Counted from the first letter of the stretch, positions 24,995 through 33,861 are shown. The stretch: DNA of 37,620 bases from an uncultured Rhizobiaceae bacterium (GCA_964391905.1 CAYMNX010000524.1:1-37620), one strand, 5' to 3'. Numbers and translations are program-made. The notes: generated from the letters alone by a model not told the origin.

Positions 24995-26089
24995 CTACGC
25001 CGCGGCGGCGCGACGTAGCGGCACGAAGTGGTTGCCCTTCGAGATCGGGCTCAGCGTGTCGGCGATGCGGCGGAAGCTGTCGCCGCCATCCTCGCTCAGA
25101 TAGACCGTGCCATCCGTGTCGCCGAGCAAGAGGCTGTAGCCGCCCGGCCAGCAAGCGACGCTCATCGCTTCGATATTGCACGGCGCGGTTTCGGGAATAC
25201 CGTTGCTGAGCAGCTCCCATTGCCCGCCGCCATCGCGGCTGCGCAGGATCGCGGTGCCGGCATTGTGGGATCGCCGCCAAGCGCCGGGATGATCGGCCGC
25301 GCCCGACATGAAGAGGGTCTTCTCGTCGGGCGACAGCGCAATGTGATCGGGATAGGCGAGGCGGAAGCTTTCATCGGTCATCCGTTGCCAATGCTCGCCG
25401 CCATCCTCGCTGCGATAGGAACCGCAACCCGTGGTCATGAAGAGACGCTGCGGCTGCGACGGCACCACGAGAATCTGATGCAGATCCTTGAAGGCGCGAT
25501 CCTCGGGCCGCGAATAATCCGTGAGCTCGCGCCAGCTCTCGCCGCCATTGCGGGTCTCCAGCAGCGCCCCTTGCTCGATCGCGGCGAAGAAATGCTGCGG
25601 ATCGCGGGGATCGAAGGCGAGCATCTTGGTATGCGCGATATGTGGCGGCGCCGGAAAAGTCCAATCCTTGTTCTTTTGCTCGCCGATCGCCGGCAGCTCG
25701 CGCCAGCTCTGGCCGCGATCGAGGCTCCTGAACAACGAGGCCGGCTCGGTGCCGGCATAGATAACGAGTTGGCCGTTATCGACGACCGTGCCGAGCGTAT
25801 AAATATCGCGCAGCCTCAGGCCGTGGTCGCGCGCTTCCCAATTCGTTCCATCGGCGCTCCAGAAGACGCCGTCGCCATGCGTACCGGCGAGAATGCCGGC
25901 TCCATCGGGCAGCACGACCATAGTGCTGATGTGATGGCCATCGAGAGTGGTCGCGGCCAGCCGCCACGGCGCAGCCTTCGCGGCACGTTCCAGGATCGCG
26001 ACGCCCGTCGTGGTCGCGACGAACAAGCGGCTTGGCCGTGTGGCGCCGTTAAAACGGCTCTGACCATTCGGCGAGAGACATGCATCCAT
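24995..26089 (-). CDS. Cytoplasmic BNR/Asp-box repeat beta-propeller protein (sialidase-like / Ycf48-like fold), function unknown
   Basis: Track ORF 24995..26266 trimmed to ATG 26089, which is preceded by GGGAGG. There are six Asp-box-like repeats (S-x-D-x-G-x-x-W type): SADGTNWEA, SLDRGQSWREL, TRNGGESWREL, SEDGGEHWQRM, SRDGGGQWELL and SEDGGDSFRRI. No signal peptide is present. Confidence 0.8.
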   Translation of the reverse strand: MDACLSPNGQSRFNGATRPSRLFVATTTGVAILERAAKAAPWRLAATTLDGHHISTMVVLPDGAGILAGTHGDGVFWSADGTNWEARDHGLRLRDIYTLGTVVDNGQLVIYAGTEPASLFRSLDRGQSWRELPAIGEQKNKDWTFPAPPHIAHTKMLAFDPRDPQHFFAAIEQGALLETRNGGESWRELTDYSRPEDRAFKDLHQILVVPSQPQRLFMTTGCGSYRSEDGGEHWQRMTDESFRLAYPDHIALSPDEKTLFMSGAADHPGAWRRSHNAGTAILRSRDGGGQWELLSNGIPETAPCNIEAMSVACWPGGYSLLLGDTDGTVYLSEDGGDSFRRIADTLSPISKGNHFVPLRRAAAA

Positions 26090-26211
26090 GACGCCCTCCC
26101 TTGGAAGACGAAACCCGGAATTCCCAGGACAACTCTCGTTATTTGAGTCGATACTCTCGCTTTTTGAGCCCTGTGGCAAGCCGGGCGCGGGGCGCATCTG
26201 ACACGCGGGGG

Positions 26212-26994
26212 TTATGGCGAGGTCGACGCCAGTTGCTGCGCAGCCCGGATCAGCTTTTTGAGGCAACGCTGAACCAGGTCTCGATCGGCTCGGCCTGCCG
26301 GAATGGCGATGGAAAGCGCCGCAATCGCTCGGCCGCCAACACTGATCGGAACGGCGACGATCGGCATCTGTGCCGTTGCCTTCGCCGGATTGGCAAGCAA
26401 CGATCTCGATTTATCGGCGCGCTCGCGAATCATCCGCGCCTCGGGCGAAGTCGGGTCGAGACATTCGGCCTTCATGTATCGCGCGAGATCGTCGTCGTCG
26501 AAGGTCGACAAGATGGCAAGGCCCGCCGCCGATTCGTGCAGCGGCGCATAAACGCCGATCGTCGGCGTTTCGATGATGCCTTGACGGCTCATGACCTTGT
26601 CGATGTTGAGAACCGAATTTTCATGCCGCAGCGCAAGGACGACCGTCTCATTCAAGGCATCACGCAGGCGCAGCATGATCGGGAGTGCGCGGCGGCGCAG
26701 CTCGTTGGAGCAAAGGATCGCATCCGCACATTGAAGCGCGAAAAAGCCGAGCTCGTAGGGTGCCCCCGGGGTGGGCTGATCGAGGATCTTCGCATCGACG
26801 AGCGTCGACAAGATCCGGAATGCCGTCGCCTTGTGTATGCCCGTCCTATCCGAAATATCCCGCAAGCTCAGATTGGCATTCGCTTCGGTGAAGCAGGAGA
26901 GAATGTCGATGGCGCGGTCGATAACGCGCACGCCCGCGCGCTGCTTTCGATCGGGCGGTAGGACGGCGTCCCGATATGAGGTCGCTTTCGCCAA
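26212..26994 (-). CDS. IclR family transcriptional regulator (second of a tandem pair)
   Basis: 260-aa ORF. The N-terminal wHTH is VIDRAIDILSCFTEANANLSLRDISDRTGIHKATAFRILSTLVDAKIL. The IclR effector domain shows LNETVVLAL...GVYAPLHESAAGLAIL. The start lies 8 nt downstream of the preceding IclR gene stop. Confidence 0.9.
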   Translation of the reverse strand: MAKATSYRDAVLPPDRKQRAGVRVIDRAIDILSCFTEANANLSLRDISDRTGIHKATAFRILSTLVDAKILDQPTPGAPYELGFFALQCADAILCSNELRRRALPIMLRLRDALNETVVLALRHENSVLNIDKVMSRQGIIETPTIGVYAPLHESAAGLAILSTFDDDDLARYMKAECLDPTSPEARMIRERADKSRSLLANPAKATAQMPIVAVPISVGGRAIAALSIAIPAGRADRDLVQRCLKKLIRAAQQLASTSP

Positions 26995-27002
26995 AGTCGC
27001 TC

Positions 27003-27797
27003 CTACGGGCTGGAACCCGATGTCATCGCATAGCCCAAGCGGCGAGAGATCCGCTGTGCGCCTTCGATCGCCAGATCGATCGAGACATCGCGCAGCGCAT
27101 CGCTCAAGCGAGAGAGCGGAAAGGTGATCGTCAAAGCCGCGACGATCTCGCCGGTATAGGATCGAATCGGGGCCGATGATGAAAAGCTTTCCTTCGTGAT
27201 CTCGGCGCGCGCGGTCAGATACCCGTTTCGGCGCGATTTTCGAACATCGGACCAGATGCGGACGGGATCGGTGACGGTATCGTATCCATAATTGACGAGC
27301 TTCACCCGCTTGAGATAGCGCGCGATCTCGTCATCGCTCAGCCCGGCGAGCATGGTGCGGCCCGACGAGCCGACATGAAGCGGCGTCTCGTCGCCGATCT
27401 CGCTCACACGGCGTATCGGCTGCGTGCTGACGAGGCATTCGACGACGATGCGTCGATCGCCGCTTTTCACCGCAACCATGATCGTCTCGTTGAGCTGCTC
27501 ACGCATCCAGCGCAGGACGGGGAGGGAGGCCGTGCGAATATCGATATGGCTGCGTTTGCAATCGGCAAGGCGCAGCCACTCCGGCCCGAGTGTCCAGCCA
27601 TCGCCGCTGCGCGCGAGGAGATGGCGGTTCTCGAGCGTGGTCACGATCTTCACCGCCGTGCGAAGCGGGATCTCCGAAAGCCGCGCGATCTCGCGAAGCT
27701 CGAGCGTCGATCGCGTGGGCGTGAAGAGGGCGCAAATGCGGGCCAGCCGCTCGACGGCTTCGACGGTGTACAGATCGCGGGCGACGCTTTGCTTCAT
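27003..27797 (-). CDS. IclR family transcriptional regulator (first of a tandem pair)
   Basis: 264-aa ORF. The wHTH is AVERLARICALFTPTRSTLELREIARLSEIPLRTAVKIVTTLENRHLL. The effector domain shows LNETIMVAV...IGDETPLHVGSSGRTMLAGL. It is divergent from the transporter operon. Confidence 0.9.
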   Translation of the reverse strand: MKQSVARDLYTVEAVERLARICALFTPTRSTLELREIARLSEIPLRTAVKIVTTLENRHLLARSGDGWTLGPEWLRLADCKRSHIDIRTASLPVLRWMREQLNETIMVAVKSGDRRIVVECLVSTQPIRRVSEIGDETPLHVGSSGRTMLAGLSDDEIARYLKRVKLVNYGYDTVTDPVRIWSDVRKSRRNGYLTARAEITKESFSSSAPIRSYTGEIVAALTITFPLSRLSDALRDVSIDLAIEGAQRISRRLGYAMTSGSSP

Positions 27798-27867
27798 CTT
27801 AAGTCACATCCCGATGTCACGCGCGCGCATGCCTCGATTGGGCAAGGGAGCCAGCGGACGCAACAAC

Positions 27868-27897
27868 TTGACGGCGCGCGCCGTAGGCTCGTATCAT
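27868..27897 (+). promoter_or_regulatory. Candidate sigma70-type promoter of the LivJ-type transporter/enzyme operon
   Basis: TTGACG (27868-27873), an 18-nt spacer, then TATCAT (27892-27897), about 50 nt upstream of ATG 27949. Confidence 0.45.
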
Positions 27898-27910
27898 GAT
27901 CAAAAATAAG

Positions 27911-27935
27911 ATCGTGTTTCATTTTACGACACGAT
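27911..27935. promoter_or_regulatory. Inverted repeat ATCGTGT-N11-ACACGAT: candidate IclR operator
   Basis: Perfect 7-bp arms at 27911-27917 and 27929-27935 flank an AT-rich 11-nt spacer (ttcattttacg). The repeat lies between the candidate -10 box and the GGGAGGAAGG ribosome-binding site of the first operon gene. Confidence 0.4.
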
Positions 27936-27948
27936 GGGAGGAAGGCAA

Positions 27949-29193
27949 ATGGCAGAGCGTCATGCATCTCGACACGCTCCGCGCGAGCGCCCGTCATCCG
28001 GGTTGACCCGGCGTCGTGTTCTTCAGAACGCGACCCTGGGCGGCGCGGCGCTCGCCGTCGGCCTTTCCGCGCCCGCCATCCTTGCTGAGACGCGCGCGCC
28101 CATTCGGCTCGGCGTCCTCAACAGCTTCACCGGCGCCCAGGCTTACAATGCGAACGACAACGTCAACGGCATGAGCCTCTACTTCGACCGCATCGGCTGG
28201 ACGATTGCGGGCCGAAAGATCGAGATGATCAAGGAGGACGATCAATTCAACGCGCAGATCGGCCTCGAGAAGACGAAGAAATTCGTCCAGAGCGACCATG
28301 TCGATATGATCGTCGGGCCGCAGGCGAGCAATGTGGCGATGGCGCTCTTGAATTTCGTCAAGCAAACCAAGAGCTTTCTCGTCGTCTCGGGCGCAGGAAG
28401 CGATCAGATCACGTGGGAGCGCATTCCCTATCTGTTTCGCACGACGATCACCACCTGGCAGCTCTGCACGCCGATGGGCCAATGGGTCCATGACAATGTT
28501 GCGAAAGAGGTGGTCGCGACGGGGTCGGACTACATTGCCGGCCGCGATACGATTCGCGAATTCGAGATCGCGTTCACGGCGAAGGGGGGAAAAGTTGCGC
28601 AAGAGATCTATCCGCCGCTCGGAACTACCGATTTCAGCGTCTATCTGACCCAGATCGCCGCCTCCGGCGCGGGCGCGAGCTTCAACTTCTATACCGCCGC
28701 CGACGCCGTTCGGTTCATTCGCCAATATGCCGAGCTCGGTTTGAGCGACCGCGTGCGATTGACGGGATTTTCGGCGCTAATCGACGGCAATACGCTGAAG
28801 GCCGTGGGTCGCGCCGCCATGGGCGTGATCACACCGCAGATCTACACCACCTCTCTGGACACGCCTGTGAATTTGGATTTCGTCTCCGCCTATCGCGATC
28901 ACTATAAGAGCGACCCGACCACCTTTTCCGACTACGGCTTTGTGACCGCGCGCGTGATCGACGAGGCGATCAAAGCGGTCGATGGCGATACCACCAATAA
29001 GGACAAGCTCGCGGAAGCGATGGTCAAGGTCTCCTTCGATGCGCCGCGGGGGCCTTTCCGCTTCGATCCCGTAACGCATCATCCGATCCAGAACGTCTAT
29101 ATCTGCGAAGTGCGCGAGGTCGACGGGCAGCTCGCCATCAAGGATTTCATCACCATCAAGGATGTGCGCGATCCCGGCGTCAAAAACTTTTAG
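27949..29193 (+). CDS. ABC transporter substrate-binding protein, LivJ/Peripla_BP_6 type, with Tat-like signal
   Basis: Track ORF 27934..29193 trimmed to ATG 27949, with RBS GGGAGGAAGG at 27936-27945. ATG 27934 lies inside the inverted repeat. The signal sequence is SGLTRRRVLQNATLGGAALAVGLSAPAILAET. The family pattern is IRLGVLNSFTG...IVGPQASNVAMAL...TGSDYIAGRD. Confidence 0.88.
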   Translation: MAERHASRHAPRERPSSGLTRRRVLQNATLGGAALAVGLSAPAILAETRAPIRLGVLNSFTGAQAYNANDNVNGMSLYFDRIGWTIAGRKIEMIKEDDQFNAQIGLEKTKKFVQSDHVDMIVGPQASNVAMALLNFVKQTKSFLVVSGAGSDQITWERIPYLFRTTITTWQLCTPMGQWVHDNVAKEVVATGSDYIAGRDTIREFEIAFTAKGGKVAQEIYPPLGTTDFSVYLTQIAASGAGASFNFYTAADAVRFIRQYAELGLSDRVRLTGFSALIDGNTLKAVGRAAMGVITPQIYTTSLDTPVNLDFVSAYRDHYKSDPTTFSDYGFVTARVIDEAIKAVDGDTTNKDKLAEAMVKVSFDAPRGPFRFDPVTHHPIQNVYICEVREVDGQLAIKDFITIKDVRDPGVKNF

Positions 29194-29244
29194 CGGCGTA
29201 TCGGGGCGTTCTGGTTCTCCATCGAAGCATCGAGGTCCACGAGG

Positions 29245-30405
29245 ATGAAGCTCAGTACAGACCGAATTCTGACGACCCATGTCGGCAGCCTGCCTCGTCC
29301 GCAGTTTTTGTTCGATCTCATGGCGGCGCGCGAGGCCGGAAAACCGAGCGATGCGGCCGCGTTCGAGGCGGCGTCCGCGAAAGCGGTCGAAGACATCGTC
29401 GCGAAGCAGCGCGAGAGCGGCATCGACATCGTCAATGATGGCGAGATGAGCAAGCTGTCCTATACCTTTTATATCAAGGGTCGCGTCGCCGGCGTCGGTA
29501 GCAGCCCCGCCGCGATCGAGAAGAGCCGTAAGGTCATGGTCGGCCGCGATCGGTTGGAGCATCCGGATTTCCAGATGCGCGAGCAGCCCTTCGATCTGTT
29601 CGCCTATCCCGCCTGCATCGGGCCGTTGAGCTATGCCGACCGAAAGCCGCTCGAGCAAGATCTGGCGCATCTCAAGGCCGCCGTCGCCAAGGTCAAGCCG
29701 ACCGAAGCCTTCATGACCTGCGCGTCGCCCGGCGTGCTGACGAAATTCGTGATCGACACCTATTACAACGACGAGGACGCCTATATCGAAGCGCTCGCGA
29801 AGGTCATGAAGACCGAGTACGAGGCGGTCGTCGCGGCCGGCTTCGTTCTTCAGATCGACTGTCCCGACCTGGCTTCCGCGCGCAACAATCAATACCGGGA
29901 TAAGACGGACGAGGAGTTCCTGCGCATTGCGCGGCGCAATGTCGAGCTGCTCAACGCGGCGACCGCCAACATACCGCCCGAATCGATGCGCATGCATATT
30001 TGCTGGGGCAATTACGAAGGCCCGCATACCCATGACATTCCATTCGCGAAAATCGCCGAGGTCGTGTTCTCGGCGCGGCCTTCAGCCGTGAGCTTCGAGG
30101 GCGCCAATCCGCGGCACGCGCATGAATGGGAGGATCTCAAGGAGATCCGCATTCCCGACAACAAGGTTCTGATCCCCGGCATGATCGATTCGACGACGAG
30201 CTTCGTCGAGCATCCGCGCCTCGTGGCGCAGCGCATCTGTCGCTATGCCGATCTTGTCGGGCGTGAGCGCGTCATCGCCGGCGCCGATTGCGGCTTTTCA
30301 ACGGTCGCCGCCGCAAAGACGAAAATCGTGCCGAGTATCGTATGGGCGAAATTCAAGGCGCTGGCCGAAGGAGCGGCGATGGCGAGCGAGCGGCTCTGGC
30401 GCTAG
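29245..30405 (+). CDS. Cobalamin-independent methionine synthase (MetE) C-terminal-domain-like protein; putative Zn-dependent alkyl/methyl transferase
   Basis: 386-aa ORF starting MKLSTDRILTTHVGSLPRP. Candidate Zn ligands sit in MetE-like contexts: RMHICWGN (H-x-C), VSFEGAN (Glu) and GADCGFS (Cys). It is a single barrel, about half the length of true MetE. Confidence 0.85.
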   Translation: MKLSTDRILTTHVGSLPRPQFLFDLMAAREAGKPSDAAAFEAASAKAVEDIVAKQRESGIDIVNDGEMSKLSYTFYIKGRVAGVGSSPAAIEKSRKVMVGRDRLEHPDFQMREQPFDLFAYPACIGPLSYADRKPLEQDLAHLKAAVAKVKPTEAFMTCASPGVLTKFVIDTYYNDEDAYIEALAKVMKTEYEAVVAAGFVLQIDCPDLASARNNQYRDKTDEEFLRIARRNVELLNAATANIPPESMRMHICWGNYEGPHTHDIPFAKIAEVVFSARPSAVSFEGANPRHAHEWEDLKEIRIPDNKVLIPGMIDSTTSFVEHPRLVAQRICRYADLVGRERVIAGADCGFSTVAAAKTKIVPSIVWAKFKALAEGAAMASERLWR

Positions 30406-30516
30406 CCAAATCGATCCGGCGCGGCGACCTCGATCTGGTCTCGGCCGTCGCGCCTCGGCGAAGGGCCGGATGGCAACCGGCCGTGACAACGGAGCGGACG
30501 GGGACCGCACGCGACG

Positions 30517-32361
30517 ATGGAATTTCTGCTCGTTCAGCTCCTGAACGGCCTCGGCTATGCGATGCTGCTGTTCCTGATGGCGGCGGGCCTCTCGCTGATC
30601 TTCGGTCTCATGAATGTGGTGAGCCTCGCGCATGGCTCATTCTTCATGCTTGGCGCGTTCTTCGGCCTCGCGATTTTCGGGACGACGCACAGCTACTGGC
30701 TCGCGCTTTTACTGGCGCCGCTGCCGACGGCGCTGATCGGCGCCATCATGGAGCGGTTGTTCTTGCGGCAACTCTATCGTCGCGGCCACCTCGACCAGGT
30801 GTTGCTGACCTTCGGCTTCACCTTCGTCTTCTTCGATCTCGTGCGCACGATTTGGGGAAGCGACATTCGTACCCTCCCGGCGCCCGAGCTGCTGCAAGGC
30901 GTCCTGCGTATCACCGATGGCGCGTTCTCGACCTATCGGCTGTTCCTCATCGCTCTCGGCGCGGCGCTGGCGATGTTGCTGTGGCTCTTCATCGAGCGCA
31001 GCCGTCTCGGCGCCATGGTCCGCGCCGGAGTCGATGACAGCGCGATGGCGGCCGGGCTTGGCGCCGATATCCCGGCGCTCTTCACCGGAGTCTTCAGCGT
31101 CGGCGTCGCGCTCGCGGCGCTCGGCGGCGTCGCGGCCGGGCCGGTGCTCGGGCTTTATCCAGGCATGGATTCCGACATCCTCATTCCGGCCTTCATCGTC
31201 ATCGTGATCGGCGGCATGGGCAGCTTGCGCGGCGCCTTCATCGGCAGCTTGTTGATCGGCGAGGCCGATACCTTCGGGAAAGCCTATTTCCCGTCGCTGG
31301 CGCTGTTTCTCATCTATCTCGTCATGGCCGTTGTTCTGCTCGTGCGACCCCAGGGCATTTTCGGCATTGTCCACGGCGAAACGCCGGGCCGTCCCGTGCT
31401 CGCCCCACCGCGCGCAGCGGGAGCCACGATGCGGATTCGCATCGCCGGCCTCATCGTCATAGCAACGATGCTGCTCTATCCTCTCTTCGTCGAAGATTAT
31501 CCGCGGACGCTGCTTGCCGAGATCTATATCTTTGCCGTCTTCGCCATGAGCCTCGACGTGCTGCTCGGCTATACGGGGCTCTTATCGCTCGGCCATGCGG
31601 CTTTTTTTGGACTCGGCGCCTATGCCGTCATCGTGCTTTCGGCGCTCTTCAATCTTGATGCGTGGCTCGGCGTTCTCGTCGGCGTTTTTCTCGCCGCGCT
31701 CGCCGCGGCGATCATCGGCTTCTTCTGCGTCCGTGCCAGCGGGGTGACGCTCTTGATGCTGACCTTGGCATTTTCGCAGCTCATCTACACGGTTGCGCTC
31801 AAATGGCGCGACGTGACCGGCGGCTCGGACGGCATCGGCGTTCCCGAAAAGCCGGGTTTCTTTGGCTTGGATCTCAACGATTCGCTCGTGATGTACTACC
31901 TCACGCTCGCCTTTTTCCTCTTGTGTTATTGGGGGCTGAGGCGGCTGACCCAATCGCCGCTCGGTCATGTGCTCGTCGGCATTCGCGAAAACGAGCCGCG
32001 GATGCGCGCGATCGGCTATTCAACCCCGCGCTACAAGCTCCTGGCCTTCACGATCAGCGGCACGGTGGCGGGCCTCGCCGGCGGAATCTATGCCGTCTAC
32101 AACGGATTTATCTCGCCGGACGCGGTGCAGTGGAGCGCTTCGGGCGACATCCTCATCATGGTGATGTTGGGCGGCACCGGCACATTGATCGGCCCGGCGC
32201 TGGGGGCCGGCATCTTTTTGCTGATGAAGAATCTGGTGAGCAGCTACAGTCAGCACTGGATGCTGATCATCGGCATCGTTTTCATCGCCTGCGTCCTCTA
32301 TTTTCCCGGCGGCGTCTGGGGCGCGATACGCACGCTGCAGCGCGAGGAGAGGTTACGGTGA
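30517..32361 (+). CDS. Fused branched-chain-amino-acid-type ABC permease (LivH-like N-half + LivM-like C-half)
   Basis: 614-aa polytopic ORF. The N-half MEFLLVQLLNGLGYAMLLFLMAAGLSLIFGLMNVVSLAHGSFFMLGAF is LivH-like. The C-half LSLGHAAFFGLGAYAV...GGSDGIGVP is LivM-like. Confidence 0.9.
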   Translation: MEFLLVQLLNGLGYAMLLFLMAAGLSLIFGLMNVVSLAHGSFFMLGAFFGLAIFGTTHSYWLALLLAPLPTALIGAIMERLFLRQLYRRGHLDQVLLTFGFTFVFFDLVRTIWGSDIRTLPAPELLQGVLRITDGAFSTYRLFLIALGAALAMLLWLFIERSRLGAMVRAGVDDSAMAAGLGADIPALFTGVFSVGVALAALGGVAAGPVLGLYPGMDSDILIPAFIVIVIGGMGSLRGAFIGSLLIGEADTFGKAYFPSLALFLIYLVMAVVLLVRPQGIFGIVHGETPGRPVLAPPRAAGATMRIRIAGLIVIATMLLYPLFVEDYPRTLLAEIYIFAVFAMSLDVLLGYTGLLSLGHAAFFGLGAYAVIVLSALFNLDAWLGVLVGVFLAALAAAIIGFFCVRASGVTLLMLTLAFSQLIYTVALKWRDVTGGSDGIGVPEKPGFFGLDLNDSLVMYYLTLAFFLLCYWGLRRLTQSPLGHVLVGIRENEPRMRAIGYSTPRYKLLAFTISGTVAGLAGGIYAVYNGFISPDAVQWSASGDILIMVMLGGTGTLIGPALGAGIFLLMKNLVSSYSQHWMLIIGIVFIACVLYFPGGVWGAIRTLQREERLR

Positions 32362-33101
32362 GCGTGCTGCGCACCGCGAATCTTCGCAAGGCCTTCGGCC
32401 GGCTGGTCGTCACGAACGGCCTCAATCTGACGGTCGAGCCGGGCGAGCGGCACGTCATCATCGGGCCGAACGGTGCCGGGAAGACCAGCCTCATCAATCA
32501 GATCGGGGGCCAGCTCCGGCCCAGCTCCGGTCGCATCCTGCTGAACGATCGCGACATTACCGGCCACGCGCCGGACCGGATCAACCGCATGGGGATCGCG
32601 CGCACGTTCCAGCGCAACAACCTCTTTCAGAATCTCAGCGTCGTCGAGAACCTTCGTCTCGCGGTTCAGGCGCGGCGCGGCAAAGCGCTCGACGTCCTTA
32701 CCCCCGTTCATCGCCTCGATGCACTGCGCGAGCGGGCCGAGGCGCTCAAGCGCCTCGTCCATATCGATCGGGATGGTCTCTATCCCGTGCGTCATCTCTC
32801 CTATGGCGAGCAGCGGCAGCTCGAGATCGGCATGGCGTTGGCGAGCGAGCCCCAACTGCTGCTGCTCGACGAGCCGACGTCCGGGATGTCGCCGGCCGAA
32901 ACGGAAAGAATGATCGAGCTGATCGGCGGGTTGCCGAGAAGCCTTTCCATTCTCATGATCGAGCACGACATGAACGTCGTCTTCTCGCTCGCCGATCGCG
33001 TCACTGTTCTTTATTACGGGGAAGCGCTCGCCAGCGGCAGCTGTGCCGAGATCCAGGCGAATGAGCGCGTGCGCGATGTCTATCTCGGCGTGGTGCATTA
33101 G
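32358..33101 (+). CDS. ABC transporter ATP-binding protein (LivG type)
   Basis: This is the in-frame part of track ORF 31662..33101. GTG 32358 forms a GTGA overlap with the permease stop. Walker A is GPNGAGKTS, the signature is LSYGEQRQLE and Walker B is LLLLDEP. Confidence 0.9.
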   Translation: MSVLRTANLRKAFGRLVVTNGLNLTVEPGERHVIIGPNGAGKTSLINQIGGQLRPSSGRILLNDRDITGHAPDRINRMGIARTFQRNNLFQNLSVVENLRLAVQARRGKALDVLTPVHRLDALRERAEALKRLVHIDRDGLYPVRHLSYGEQRQLEIGMALASEPQLLLLDEPTSGMSPAETERMIELIGGLPRSLSILMIEHDMNVVFSLADRVTVLYYGEALASGSCAEIQANERVRDVYLGVVH

Positions 33102-33104
33102 ACG

Positions 33105-33800
33105 ATGCTCGAGCTCCAGAACGTCAACGCTTATTACGGCGACAGCCATATCCTGCGCGACGTCTCGCTCGCCGTCAAAGACGGCCAGGCGGTGTGCTTG
33201 CTCGGTCGCAACGGCGCGGGAAAGACCACCACCATCAACACCATCATGGGATATGTGAAGCCGCGCTCGGGACGCGTCCTTTTCGGCGACCGCGACATTA
33301 CCGCGCTGCCGCCCCATGCCGTCGCGCGATTGGGCATCGGCTTCGTTCCGCAAGAGCGCGGCATTTTTCCGAGTCTGACGGTTCGGGAGAATCTGACGGT
33401 CTTCGCAAGGGGCGGGAATGGCGCGCGATGGACGCTCGCCAGCGTCTACAAGCTCTTTCCGGCACTCTACGAGCGCGAGCGCAATCTCGGATTTCAGCTC
33501 TCGGGCGGCGAGCAGCAGATGCTCTCGATTGCCCGGGCGCTGATGCTCAACCCATCTTTCATGCTGCTCGACGAGCCGTCGGAAGGCCTCGCGCCGCTGA
33601 TCGTGCGCGAGATTGTCGACATCATGAACCGGTTGAAGCGCGAGGGCCTTGCTATCCTGCTGGTGGAGCAGAATCTGCATACGGCTCTGGCCGTCGCCGA
33701 TCTTCATCACGTGATGAACAAGGGCGAGATACGCTTCACGGGATCGTCGGCGGAGCTTGAAACAAACGACTTCGTCTTGCAGAACTACTTGAGCGTTTAG
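33105..33800 (+). CDS. ABC transporter ATP-binding protein (LivF type)
   Basis: 231-aa ORF starting 3 nt after the previous stop. Walker A is GRNGAGKTT, the signature is LSGGEQQML and Walker B is FMLLDEP. Confidence 0.9.
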   Translation: MLELQNVNAYYGDSHILRDVSLAVKDGQAVCLLGRNGAGKTTTINTIMGYVKPRSGRVLFGDRDITALPPHAVARLGIGFVPQERGIFPSLTVRENLTVFARGGNGARWTLASVYKLFPALYERERNLGFQLSGGEQQMLSIARALMLNPSFMLLDEPSEGLAPLIVREIVDIMNRLKREGLAILLVEQNLHTALAVADLHHVMNKGEIRFTGSSAELETNDFVLQNYLSV

Positions 33801-33861
33801 CGGCGTAGGAGCGACGGCTCCAGTCGCGCCCAAGCCATTCGATGAGCATCAGGAGGTTGTC

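Noticed and set aside
25028-26146. 372-aa plus-strand ORF antisense to the Asp-box propeller gene.
   Set aside because: The minus strand has six Asp-box repeats and a GGGAGG RBS. The plus frame is R/A/G-rich without features.
29189-29200. The 12-mer TTTAGCGGCGTA spans the stop codon of the binding-protein gene and recurs at 33796-33807 across the LivF-type gene stop.
   Set aside because: For a 37.6-kb window, dozens of 12-mer coincidences are expected by chance. There is no extended similarity around them, so it is not treated as a repeat element.
28777-30033. 418-aa minus-strand ORF antisense to the LivJ-type binding-protein and MetE-like genes.
   Set aside because: It is a shadow ORF crossing two well-supported plus-strand genes.
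32298-33833. 511-aa minus-strand ORF antisense to both ABC ATPase genes.
   Set aside because: The plus strand carries Walker A, signature and Walker B motifs twice. The antisense translation is featureless.
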